64,000 nucleotides of DNA, taken from assembly GCA_022800935.1 (NCBI GenBank), contig JAAWRH010000020.1, forward strand, positions 507 to 64,506, written 5' to 3'. The stretch is from Oscillospiraceae bacterium (GTDB taxonomy: Bacteria > Bacillota > Clostridia > Oscillospirales > Ruminococcaceae). The position numbers and the translations under genes are program-made. This document shows, piece after piece, positions 11,839 to 20,635 of this stretch. The notes below the pieces were generated by a model, which was given only the letters and a program-made list of their open reading frames with translations, was not told where the DNA came from and searched no databases. Numbering within the stretch: position 1 is the first letter of the stretch; every line of letters begins with the position of its first letter.

Positions 11839-12579
11839 TTACAGTATCCTCAGATACATTGCGTACGCAAACCCCACCAAATCCTGGTAGGCAACCGTTG
11901 CCCAGTCGTTCTGCCTCCCCAGAACCGTGACCTGGGTGTTATTGGGGATGCGCGCTATCACCTGCGCAGAGGTGCTTGGCCTGCTCCTCAGGTTCAGGTT
12001 TCCGCCCTGGGTCGATACCACCGCCGCCTGCTCCTGCTGGGGAGGAACCAGGGGAAGGCCGAACAGCTCGGTCAGGGACCCGGCGATGTTCCTGGCAATT
12101 TCCGGCAGGTTGGATGTAATCCAGTTGGCGTCCTCCCGGTTGTCATGGTAGCCAATCTCCATAAACACCGATGGCGCTTTGGTCTGGCGCAGCTCCCCCA
12201 GGGAGGTGTTGGGCACCGCCCGGACCCGGTCCGGAAGGGGATAAATTTTCTTCAGGTTGTTTGCCAGCAGCCGCGCCGCCCGCTCCCCAAAGGCGCTGCC
12301 CGGATAAAAGTACACGTCGATGCCCCGCACCGTTCCATAACGTCCCTCCGGGGCGGCGTTGGAGTGGAGGGCCAGGTGGAGGTCATAATTTCCGGCGTTG
12401 GAGGCGCGTATAGAGGAGGCGGCAGTCATGTCCGGGGTGTTCCGGCTATAGGAGATGCCGCTGGAACGGAGGTAGGGAACCAGCTCGTCGGCCAGCAGAT
12501 TCATATACTGCTCCTCTGTTCCGCCGGTTACATAGAGGTTTTTTTCCTGGGTAGAGGGGCTGAGATAAATGGAAGGCAT
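11839..12579 (-). CDS. N-acetylmuramoyl-L-alanine amidase (Amidase_3-like) with C-terminal SH3b-like domain
   Basis: IYLSPSTQEKN...DLHLALHSNAAPEG...FMEIGYHDN metal-site pattern. The C-terminus GGNLNLRSRPSTSAQVIARIPNNTQVTVL...WATVAY is SH3b-like. Confidence 0.8.
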   Translation of the reverse strand: MPSIYLSPSTQEKNLYVTGGTEEQYMNLLADELVPYLRSSGISYSRNTPDMTAASSIRASNAGNYDLHLALHSNAAPEGRYGTVRGIDVYFYPGSAFGERAARLLANNLKKIYPLPDRVRAVPNTSLGELRQTKAPSVFMEIGYHDNREDANWITSNLPEIARNIAGSLTELFGLPLVPPQQEQAAVVSTQGGNLNLRSRPSTSAQVIARIPNNTQVTVLGRQNDWATVAYQDLVGFAYAMYLRIL

Positions 12580-12805
12580 ATGCCATTGCTCCTTTCCAAA
12601 ACCAATTGAAGAATAAAATGATCAATACAGCATATGCTTTCCTTAAAAAAACAGTTCACAAACCACATCGTTTGTGCTATTATATGTATATGCCGTTTAA
12701 AGCTCCCGCAAATTCTGATAAAAAAGACTTGTTCTGGCAGTTTTTTTTACTGTGGGACGATTGATGACGGCAGTATATATGTAAGCATTAGGGAGGGTAT
12801 TTAAA

Positions 12806-13894
12806 ATGCTGGAGACGTTAAAGAAAAAAAGTATGAAAAAGGTAATCGTATGGGTTGTGGTGCTGTACATAGCGGCTGTCGCCTGTATCGCTTTCACCGG
12901 CCTTGGCATTGCAAAGCTGCCGACGAAAACAGACATCTATGATTTGGATGTCAGCGAGCTGAACGGAAAGTATGTGACTGCGGATATATACTTTATATAC
13001 GATTATTACGCCTACACCACCCAGACCTCGAAAAACAACCCCCGCCCCACAACCGTCAGCAAGGAGTACATCATTCCCATAGGTGAAAACGAGTTTATGG
13101 GGCTGTACCTGCCTTCCGGCCACCTCACCAAGGCGGAAGCGCTGATGAAAAGCAGCCAAAGCTATCTGGACGGCCTGACGGACAGCCTTGACGAGGAGAA
13201 AATCTTCACCATCACCGGGACCATCCAGCCCATGGACGACGAAAGTCTGAAATACTTCCACGAGTCCGTGGGCTATGACGAGATGACCGACGAGGAAAAG
13301 GCGCTGTTCCTCCCCTACTACCTGCGCCAGGGCTACCTGGGCAGAACCCCTGAAGGCGCCACCTATGTTCTCACGGTTGCCGCCGTCGTATGCTTTATCT
13401 GCGCCACCGTTATGCTGGTCCGGGCGCTGACCGGGGCTTACCAGAAGGATATTATCAAATTCTGCGCCGCCACAGGCAACAAGGAGCAGGAGCTGGAACG
13501 GATGAGCACCTACTTTGAATCCGCCCAGCCTGTCAGCGGCCTGCGCATTGCGGACAACTGGATCATGTTCCAGGAGGGGGCCCACACCCGCATCTGGAGC
13601 CTTGACCAATTTGTATGGGCCTACAAAAAGAGCACCGAGCACCGCCGGAACGGCATCAAAACCGGGACCACCTATTCCACCATTATCTGCAACACCGCCA
13701 AACGCCGGATGGAGCTGCCCATGAGCGAGAAGGAGGTCACCGACGCCCTCAACTACATTGCAGATAACGCCCCGGCAGTGGTTCTGGGCTTTAACTCCAA
13801 GCTGGACAAAATGTACCGCAACGATCTGCCCCGGTTCCAGCGCATCCTGATAGACCCGGAGGTTGCCGCGGAGGTCTTTGAACAGCAGCAGTAA
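12806..13894 (+). CDS. Hypothetical membrane protein (two TM segments)
   Basis: 362-aa ORF with normal composition. TM segments VIVWVVVLYIAAVACIAFTGLGI and YVLTVAAVVCFICATVMLV. No family recognised. Confidence 0.6.
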   Translation: MLETLKKKSMKKVIVWVVVLYIAAVACIAFTGLGIAKLPTKTDIYDLDVSELNGKYVTADIYFIYDYYAYTTQTSKNNPRPTTVSKEYIIPIGENEFMGLYLPSGHLTKAEALMKSSQSYLDGLTDSLDEEKIFTITGTIQPMDDESLKYFHESVGYDEMTDEEKALFLPYYLRQGYLGRTPEGATYVLTVAAVVCFICATVMLVRALTGAYQKDIIKFCAATGNKEQELERMSTYFESAQPVSGLRIADNWIMFQEGAHTRIWSLDQFVWAYKKSTEHRRNGIKTGTTYSTIICNTAKRRMELPMSEKEVTDALNYIADNAPAVVLGFNSKLDKMYRNDLPRFQRILIDPEVAAEVFEQQQ

Positions 13895-13915
13895 GCGGAC
13901 TCACCAAAAAAAGTT

Positions 13916-13954
13916 CAGCCCCCTCCCGCCATCCGGCGGGAGGGGGCTGTTTTC
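13916..13954. terminator. Bidirectional rho-independent terminator
   Basis: 15-bp stem CAGCCCCCTCCCGCC / GGCGGGAGGGGGCTG, A-run upstream and T-run downstream, between convergent genes. Confidence 0.8.
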
Positions 13955-13958
13955 ATCC

Positions 13959-14738
13959 TTACAGCTCAATCTGGCTCATGCTTCTCACAGATTCCTCAAT
14001 GGTCTTAATCTGCTCCACAATCTGCCCGTACACCTTGGCGGAGTTTTTGGAGACGTCCCCTATCTCCCTTGCCACCACCGCAAAGCCGACCCCCGCCTGC
14101 CCGGCGCGGGCCGCCTCAATGGAGGCATTGATGGACAGGATGTTCTCCATGGAGGCAACCCGTTGGAGCTCCACAGCCTTGCCCCGGACCTCCTCAACGG
14201 ATTTCAGCACCCTTTCCGACCCCTCGTCAAAGGCCTGTATCTTCTTTTGGTTCATCTTTTTCATGTATTCCAGATTGACCAGGTGGTTTACCACAATTCC
14301 CAGCATCTCAGAAGCGGCGCGGATCATCTTCTCGCTGCGGACCGGGACCTTGGCCACCGCCTCCAGATAGGCGTCCTCCTGTATCCCCAGCTCACGGGCT
14401 ATCGCCCGGAAGCGCTCCTGGTCCGGCTCCTTGGGGAGCACCTGGCCGCCGATGATTGCGCCCATCTTTTCACCGTTGACCATAATATCCGCGGAAAAAT
14501 CCATCAGCCCCGCGTGGCAGACATAGGTCCCGGTACACTCGTTGTCACACCGGATGCACCTCTTGTTTCCTTCCTCGCTCCCGCGGGTATACTTCATACA
14601 GAAATCGGTGAAATTGCTCGGCTTGGTTATGTAGTTCCCCTCTGTGTCCACCGCAATGGCGGCCAGCCCTGTCGATGTGGAAAACAGGTCCTGTATCTGC
14701 TGCAAAAGCTCCATGTCCATGAACTGCTTGATATCCAT
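13959..14738 (-). CDS. PocR sensory domain fused to a short methyl-accepting-chemotaxis signalling segment (soluble)
   Basis: N-terminus LLQQIQDLFSTSTGLAAIAVDTEGNYITKPSNFTDFC...CIRCD...YVCHAGLMDF is PocR-like. C-terminus ILSINASIEAARAGQAGVGFAVVAREIGDVS is the MCP signalling hairpin. No TM or HAMP segment. Start at MDIKQF (ATG 14738) with RBS GGAGGAG. Confidence 0.8.
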   Translation of the reverse strand: MDIKQFMDMELLQQIQDLFSTSTGLAAIAVDTEGNYITKPSNFTDFCMKYTRGSEEGNKRCIRCDNECTGTYVCHAGLMDFSADIMVNGEKMGAIIGGQVLPKEPDQERFRAIARELGIQEDAYLEAVAKVPVRSEKMIRAASEMLGIVVNHLVNLEYMKKMNQKKIQAFDEGSERVLKSVEEVRGKAVELQRVASMENILSINASIEAARAGQAGVGFAVVAREIGDVSKNSAKVYGQIVEQIKTIEESVRSMSQIEL

Positions 14739-14907
14739 ATACTCTCCTCCCGCGTACACCGCCTTTTTTGTCCTGTGCCGCCATAGGCGGTACGACATAT
14801 AGGCTCATTATATGCTTTTAGTATATCATATTGGCAGAGCGAATGCAAACTTTTTTAAGGAAACAATATAAAATACTGCAACAATTCATTTCTATTCTAA
14901 TCAATGT

Positions 14908-14949
14908 CCAAAAGACAGCGCTCCTAACCGTAAACAGATTAGGAGCGCT
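14908..14949 (-). terminator. Rho-independent terminator after the low-GC lipoprotein gene
   Basis: 11-bp stem AGCGCTCCTAA / TTAGGAGCGCT. On the minus strand it is followed by GTCTTTTGG. Confidence 0.6.
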
Positions 14950-14996
14950 AAATCTAACAATATTCTTTTGCACTATCTCCCCACCTACTGAAATAC

Positions 14997-16250
14997 TCAA
15001 CTCTCCATATATTTCAAAATCGTGCTCTGAGGAATATAGTAATAATCAGAAATCAACTGACCACTAATATAATAACTCATCAATATATTCCCATCTGCAT
15101 CATCCCAAATACTAATAGAAAGGTTTTCGTCTTCCTCCGGGCTGAAATGAAGTTTAGAAAAGGCTTTTGTCTGACAGTTAAAAGGATATAAAGTTTTTGT
15201 GTTATAATCCCAAAAATAATAGTACGGGTTTACCTCGTTGTCTCGGATGTTATCTCCCCTTTGGCTGTCCATTTTTAAATGCTCAGACGGAAGATCAATT
15301 GGCTGAAGAGAACCATTTTCGTAAGTATAAAGATATTGAGACCCAGAAAAAAATGTTTCAAAAAAGAAGCAATCACCCAAAACATGAAAACTTTTAATCT
15401 GCTCATCATTTTCTTTCAGGCGCTTTTTCAGGTCCTCTAAAACGATTTCCTCCTGCTGCTCCCCGTTAAAATTGTAAGTGATTATCTTATACTCATATTG
15501 CCCGTTTTCATAGACTCCACAACAAAGGTAAAGTTGTTGCCCTTGAGCACTTATATCCTTCACAATGGTCCCACTATCTGTTGTTTCAGAATATTTTTTT
15601 GTGACAATTTCTCGGTACTCATCTCCCGCTGTATTATACAGGTAAATATGGTATTGCCTTTCTCCAGAAGAATTTGTGTCAGGAAGATAAAGGAAAAACC
15701 GCCCGTTTTCCGATGCCTCATAAGAAGCCAGCGGTGGATTAAATTCAAATGTATTTGGAAAGTTTATTTCCTGCTCCAAAATGTCTATACAAACCATTCG
15801 GTATTGATTTTCTACATCTTCATAAGCAAAATAATTTTTTTCTCCAATTTGGAGTTGACTTTCAGACATTACACTTATTTCATTATAATTGCCAATTTCA
15901 TGCCACACATCATTTTTTAAATCATACTCCATTACTGTTCTATAATTCTGCATATCTGATTGTGTAGCACTGAATAAGATATGGCCGGGCATGAGCCCTA
16001 GCCCATATAAACTCGAAATTGAATTTGAAAACGCAGGTTCTATTTTCCTATATTCTTCTTTCATCCTCCAAGCATCAGAGCTCTCTGGGATCATATTTTC
16101 TTCTGTCGCAGAACTTTTTTGGGACTCACCGGTTGAAGACTGACTTTGAGGTAGTTCAAAAGAACTACCAGAATTCTCTGGGATTTCTCTGGTACATCCG
16201 GATAAAAGTATTGATATTATCAAGAATACAACGGTGATCTTCTTTTCCAT
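14997..16250 (-). CDS. Hypothetical lipoprotein, markedly AT-rich gene
   Basis: Signal peptide plus lipobox MEKKITVVFLIISILLSGC. 417 aa, Tyr/Asn/Glu-rich, repeat-like beta-strand pattern. Codon composition is clearly different from the neighbours. Confidence 0.75.
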   Translation of the reverse strand: MEKKITVVFLIISILLSGCTREIPENSGSSFELPQSQSSTGESQKSSATEENMIPESSDAWRMKEEYRKIEPAFSNSISSLYGLGLMPGHILFSATQSDMQNYRTVMEYDLKNDVWHEIGNYNEISVMSESQLQIGEKNYFAYEDVENQYRMVCIDILEQEINFPNTFEFNPPLASYEASENGRFFLYLPDTNSSGERQYHIYLYNTAGDEYREIVTKKYSETTDSGTIVKDISAQGQQLYLCCGVYENGQYEYKIITYNFNGEQQEEIVLEDLKKRLKENDEQIKSFHVLGDCFFFETFFSGSQYLYTYENGSLQPIDLPSEHLKMDSQRGDNIRDNEVNPYYYFWDYNTKTLYPFNCQTKAFSKLHFSPEEDENLSISIWDDADGNILMSYYISGQLISDYYYIPQSTILKYMES

Positions 16251-16288
16251 CTATAGGTTCCTTTCCGAAGAAAAATTTTTTTATCTGC

Positions 16289-16341
16289 ACAAAACAAAGA
16301 GAAGTTTAACTCTTTCATAGAAAAACTTCCCTTTGTTTTGT
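16289..16341. repeat. 18-bp inverted repeat (17/18 match) upstream of the lipoprotein gene
   Basis: ACAAAACAAAGAGAAGTT (16289-16306) versus AACTTCCCTTTGTTTTGT (16324-16341). Confidence 0.6.
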
Positions 16342-16700
16342 ACTAAGATTGTTTAAAATAGTCTGAGAGTTAAACTCAATCAGATATTTCTGTGTCAATT
16401 ACCATTGAACTGCTTTACAAGGATGGTTAATAACAGCCTGATAAACATTTTGCGTCTGCATCCAAGAAGTTTTGACATGTCATTGCCTTCACTATAACAA
16501 TCGAAAATTCACCCCAAAATACTACAAAAAATCCATAAAATTCTTCACAAGATTTCAAGCGAAAAATTAGTGTATTTTACCAAATATCATCCAATCTTCC
16601 TTTTCGGGCCGTCCTCTCTTCCCTGTTGTTACCGCCTTTTTCTCTTTTGTACAGCTTATTTTTTCAAACAAGGTCTGAAAAAATCAAGTTTGTTGTTCCA

Positions 16701-17288
16701 CTACAGACGCAGCAGCTCCGCCCGCAGCAGCTCCACATCCTGCGGCTCGTGGGTGGCCGCTATCAGTGTGCGCCCCCGCAGGTTTTCCATCACAAAATTC
16801 ACCGTCTTCTCCCGGTTTACCGGATCCAGCCCCTTAAAGGGCTCGTCCATCACCAGCAGCTCCCCCTCCGCCAGCACCGCCCGGACAATGGCCGTCCGCC
16901 GCGCCATACCGCCGGAAAGCTGCCTGACAGGGAGATACCAACTCTCCCGCGGAATCCCCACCTGATACAGTGCGTCCTCAATGGCTCGGTCGGAAATCCC
17001 CTTGGGGCAGACCAGTCGAACGTTATAAACCCCATGAAAGCCCGCCAGCAGCCGGTCCTCCTGGAAAACGGCGGAGGCTTTCCACCCCTTGGGAACCGAA
17101 ACCCTCCCCCCATCCGGCGCAAGCAGCCCCAGCACCATCCGCAGCAGGGAGGTCTTTCCGCAGCCGGAGGGGCCGGTCACGCAGGTGCGGGACCCCTTGG
17201 GAAAGCTGGCCGAAAAACCGGAAAAGACCCCGACCGCCCCAAAGGAGAGGGAAACATCAATTAGGCTGATTCCATCCTCCACAATCAT
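16701..17288 (-). CDS. ABC transporter ATP-binding protein (NitT/TauT-like, compact)
   Basis: Walker A GPSGCGKTS, signature LSGGMARR, Walker B LLVMDEPFKGLD, H-loop ATHEP. 195 aa. Confidence 0.85.
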   Translation of the reverse strand: MIVEDGISLIDVSLSFGAVGVFSGFSASFPKGSRTCVTGPSGCGKTSLLRMVLGLLAPDGGRVSVPKGWKASAVFQEDRLLAGFHGVYNVRLVCPKGISDRAIEDALYQVGIPRESWYLPVRQLSGGMARRTAIVRAVLAEGELLVMDEPFKGLDPVNREKTVNFVMENLRGRTLIAATHEPQDVELLRAELLRL

Positions 17289-18076
17289 TTTCCCCCTTTC
17301 GTCTCTCCATACACCCCCTCCCCCACCTGGAGCAGGAGGAGGAACGCCTTTTCAAACGCCACGCTGATGCCGATGATAACCGCTGTCCAGGCAAACAGGT
17401 CGTCGGTCTGCAAAAAAATCTTGGCCTGATAGAGCCTTTCCCCGATAGAACCGTCCGGCAGTCCGATGATCTCGGCGGCAATCCCGGATTTCCAGCAAAG
17501 CCCCAGGGAAAGGCGGAACGCAGACATGAGATAAGGCATACACTGGGGCCAATAGACAGCGCGAATCCGCTTCCACAGACTGAGGCGGAACACCTTGGCC
17601 ATTTCCAGCAAGCTCCTGTCAACCGCGCACAGCCCCTCCAAAAGGTTCAGATACACAATGGGGAACACCATCAGAAAGGAAATGACCACCGAAAGGCTGC
17701 GGGAGGGCGTCCACACAAGGCAGAGAATGACAAAGGACGCCACCGGGGCAGCCTTGACCGTAAAAACCGGCGGAGCCATCAGCGCCCGGAACCAATCCAG
17801 GCGGTATGCCGCCGCCCCGCAAACCACCCCGGTCAGGGCGGCGGAGAGAAAGCCCAGCGTAACGCGGGAAAGGGAAAAAAACACGGACTTCCAGAAGGTC
17901 TCCTCCCGGATAAGCTGTAAAAGCCGCCTAAAAGCAGAAACAGGAGATACCAAGAGTATCTCCTGCCCCACAGCCATGCTGACAGCCTGCCAGACAGCCA
18001 GCCAAAACAGGACGGCCCCTCCGGAGAGCAGCAGGCGTTTCCGTTTGGATTTATCTGGAGAAGTAGAAGTCGTCAT
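17285..18076 (-). CDS. ABC transporter permease (NitT/TauT family)
   Basis: Multi-TM protein with the EAA-like loop MAKVFRLSLWKRIRAVYWPQCMPYL. Start set at MTTSTS (ATG 18076) with RBS GGGAGGAG. 4-nt overlap with the ATPase gene. Confidence 0.85.
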   Translation of the reverse strand: MTTSTSPDKSKRKRLLLSGGAVLFWLAVWQAVSMAVGQEILLVSPVSAFRRLLQLIREETFWKSVFFSLSRVTLGFLSAALTGVVCGAAAYRLDWFRALMAPPVFTVKAAPVASFVILCLVWTPSRSLSVVISFLMVFPIVYLNLLEGLCAVDRSLLEMAKVFRLSLWKRIRAVYWPQCMPYLMSAFRLSLGLCWKSGIAAEIIGLPDGSIGERLYQAKIFLQTDDLFAWTAVIIGISVAFEKAFLLLLQVGEGVYGETKGGK

Positions 18077-19160
18077 TCGGCAAAGCTCCTCCCACCGATT
18101 CGGGGTTCTGCTCAAAAAGCACATTCAGGTATCCGCTAACCTTCTCCTTCATCTCCGCCCCTTCCAGAAAGGTGATGTTGCAGCCGGGAATGGCCTTTTC
18201 CGCGACAGCAGCTTTGGCGACAATCCCGTACTTTTCCACCAGGGCTGCACAGTCGGAAAGGTTGGTCTCCACAAAGCCGGCGGATTCCCGGTAGGCATCC
18301 AGGAAAGCGGTAATCTCCTCCGGGTGCTCTTGGATAAACTCCCTGCGGGCGATGACTACGCCGGTCACAAGGGCGCTTGTCCCCCCCTGGGCGGCCTGGA
18401 TGGCATCCCATTCCTTGGTGAGGTCCAGGGCAACCCGCAGCTTATCGTTGTTCATCTGGGCAGAGGTGACAAAGGGCTGGGGCAGCATGGCCACAGCGGC
18501 TCCGTCCTCCGCCAGCAGGGCGGCCACCTCCGAAGCCTCGGATTTGTACTCGACAGTGACATCCGTGCCGGGGGTCAGGCCGTTCTGGGTCAGGACATAG
18601 TTCAGGGCATATTCCGGGGTAGTACCCTTGCCGGTGGAATAAAGTGTCTTCCCCCGCAGGTCCTCCACCGAGTTGATCTCCTCCCCGCTCTCCACAATGT
18701 ACAGCACGCCCAGGTTGTTGATTGCCAGAATCTCCACCCCGCCGCCGGTGCGGTTGTACAGCACCGAGGCCAGGTTGGCGGGCACGGCGGCGATGTCAAT
18801 ATCCCCCTTGACGATGGCGGGGACAATCTCATCGGCGGAGCCGGACATGGTGAACTCCATGGCAAGGGGAGCCGTCCCCGCCTCCGCGTCGCTCATCAGC
18901 TTGACCATACCGATGGCGGTGGGGCCCTTGAGGACCGAGGCCCGGACGGTCAGGTCCTCCTGGGGATTGAGGAAGGGATCCGGGCCGTCGTCCTCCTCCA
19001 GCACGGGGGCTGTATCGGGGATGGACTCCGAAGAAGCGGCCGTTCCCGCCGGGGAAGAGGAAACACTGCCGGAGGATGCCGCCGGGCCGCCGGAGCACCC
19101 TGCCGTCAGTGAGACGCAGAGGGCGGCGCAGAGGAAAAGGGACAGAATCTTTTTTATCAT
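18051..19160 (-). CDS. ABC substrate-binding lipoprotein (NMT1/THI5-like fold)
   Basis: MIKKILSLFLCAALCVSLTAGC lipobox. Periplasmic-binding-protein-like body. Start moved from the TTG at 19181 to the ATG at 19160 (RBS AGAAGGAA). Confidence 0.8.
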   Translation of the reverse strand: MIKKILSLFLCAALCVSLTAGCSGGPAASSGSVSSSPAGTAASSESIPDTAPVLEEDDGPDPFLNPQEDLTVRASVLKGPTAIGMVKLMSDAEAGTAPLAMEFTMSGSADEIVPAIVKGDIDIAAVPANLASVLYNRTGGGVEILAINNLGVLYIVESGEEINSVEDLRGKTLYSTGKGTTPEYALNYVLTQNGLTPGTDVTVEYKSEASEVAALLAEDGAAVAMLPQPFVTSAQMNNDKLRVALDLTKEWDAIQAAQGGTSALVTGVVIARREFIQEHPEEITAFLDAYRESAGFVETNLSDCAALVEKYGIVAKAAVAEKAIPGCNITFLEGAEMKEKVSGYLNVLFEQNPESVGGALPNDDFYFSR

Positions 19161-19212
19161 GAGGGGTTCCTTCTTTCTCAACAGAATAGGGGTATGATTT
19201 CAAACCCATGTA

Positions 19213-19241
19213 ACTATACCATTGTTGTAGGAAAATGTCAA
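19213..19241 (-). promoter_or_regulatory. Sigma70-type promoter for the NitT/TauT-like transporter operon
   Basis: On the minus strand: TTGACA, 17-nt spacer, TATAGT, about 50 nt upstream of the start codon. Confidence 0.5.
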
Positions 19242-19384
19242 TCAAATGTTTTTCATTCAACCCAATTTCAAAAAGAGCTTTACAAACTCCGGGAGATGTG
19301 CTATACCTATTATGTCCTCTCAATGAAAACGACTCTTACTGTCCAAAAAAGCTGAATATGGTTCTACAGGCCGGTTCCTCTGAA

Positions 19385-19496
19385 TACCGGCCTGGGGCGG
19401 ACATCACAGGGAAGTCGGGTGAGAATCCCGCGCGGTCCCGCCACCGTGATGCGCGTTTTCCAGCGCGCTAAGTCGGGTCGCTGCGTCTGTCCGGTA
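19385..19496 (+). promoter_or_regulatory. Cobalamin (B12) riboswitch aptamer
   Basis: Core GGGAAGTCGGGTGAGAATCCCGCGCGGTCCCGCCACCGTGA matches the conserved AGGGAA..GGTG..AA.CC...C.G.CCCGC.ACTGT core. B12-box-like AAGTCGGGTCGC. Closing helix TACCGG/CCGGTA. Sits upstream of a BtuF-like gene. Confidence 0.75.
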
Positions 19497-19590
19497 CAAG
19501 TTCACGATCGATGGAGTTGTGCATACACCAGCGCTGCGGCCGACGTCTTGCCGCAGTGCGCGTTTGCGTTGCGGGTTTGCCCCGCGAATA

Positions 19591-19628
19591 ACACTCTTTC
19601 GTGTTCGTGACGGAAGGAGTGTTTTTTT
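19591..19628 (+). terminator. Riboswitch expression-platform terminator
   Basis: 10-bp stem ACACTCTTTC / GGAAGGAGTGT (one G-U pair) followed by TTTTTTT, 40 nt before the BtuF-like start. Confidence 0.75.
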
Positions 19629-19669
19629 GTCGGGACCCGGTCCAAAAAACAACAGGAGGTAAACTCGAA

Positions 19670-20635
19670 ATGAAACGCAAAATCATCGCACTGCTCATCG
19701 GCATCCTGCTGCCGGTCCTGTCCGCCTGCGGCGCGGCACCGGCTTCCGGAAGCTCCCAAGGGGCCGGATCGCCCCAGGCGTCTTCCGCCGCCCTGCCCAC
19801 AGCCGACCCCAGCGGTGCCCCCATCTCCATCCCGGAGAACATCGACTCCATTGTGGTACTGGCCCCCTCCCTGGCCGAAACGGTGACAGCACTGGGTCTG
19901 GGGGATAAGATCACAGGGTATGACCTCAACAGCGTGGGCCTGGCGGGCCTGCCGGAGGGCGTCCCCACCTTTGATACCGTCAATCCTGATGTGGAACAGC
20001 TCACCGCCCTGGCCCCCGATGTGCTGCTGGTCTCCAGCCTCTCCCTCTACGACCAGGAGGCCCCCTATCAGCCCCTGATCGACGCGGGGGTCTGCGTCAT
20101 CTGCGTCCCCACAAGCGTGAGCATTGAAAACGTCAAGAGCGACATCCAATTCCTGGCCGCCGCCCTCCGCGTGCCGGAGAAGGGCCAGGCCCTCCTGGAG
20201 GAGCTGAACGCCGCCCTGGAGGAGCTGGCCGCCGCCGCCAAAGCCATCCCCCAGGAGGAGCGCAAAAGCGTATACTTTGAGATTTCCGCCGCCCCCTATC
20301 TGTACAGCACCGGCAGCGGCACCTACCTCGACGAGATGATCCGGTGGGTCGGCGGGGAGAACATCCTGGCTGGCCAGGAGGGCTGGATCAGCGTGGAGGG
20401 AGAATCCGTCGCCGCCGCCAACCCCGACATGATCTTCACCAACGTCAACTATATCGAAAATCCCGTGGAGGAAATTCTCGGCCGGGAGGGCTGGGCCGAC
20501 GTGACGGCAGTGGCCGAAAAGGAGGTCTACTATATTGACAACATGGCCTCCTCCCTGCCCAACCAGAACATCGTCAAGGCCATGCGCCAGATGGCCCAGG
20601 CCCTCTACCCCGACTACTACGCCGCAGCGGCATGA
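19670..20635 (+). CDS. Cobalamin/siderophore-type ABC substrate-binding lipoprotein (BtuF-like)
   Basis: MKRKIIALLIGILLPVLSAC lipobox. Class-8 binding-protein pattern (IVVLAPSLAETV..LGLGDKI, PDVLLVS, PDMIF). RBS AGGAGG. Downstream of the B12 riboswitch. Confidence 0.8.
   Translation: MKRKIIALLIGILLPVLSACGAAPASGSSQGAGSPQASSAALPTADPSGAPISIPENIDSIVVLAPSLAETVTALGLGDKITGYDLNSVGLAGLPEGVPTFDTVNPDVEQLTALAPDVLLVSSLSLYDQEAPYQPLIDAGVCVICVPTSVSIENVKSDIQFLAAALRVPEKGQALLEELNAALEELAAAAKAIPQEERKSVYFEISAAPYLYSTGSGTYLDEMIRWVGGENILAGQEGWISVEGESVAAANPDMIFTNVNYIENPVEEILGREGWADVTAVAEKEVYYIDNMASSLPNQNIVKAMRQMAQALYPDYYAAAA

Noticed and set aside
19182-19330. TPP riboswitch upstream of the NMT1/THI5-like ABC importer.
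   Set aside because: The minus-strand leader is only about 50 nt after a good promoter and lacks the CTGAGA / ACCTGATCTGGATAATGCCAGCG-type conserved segments.
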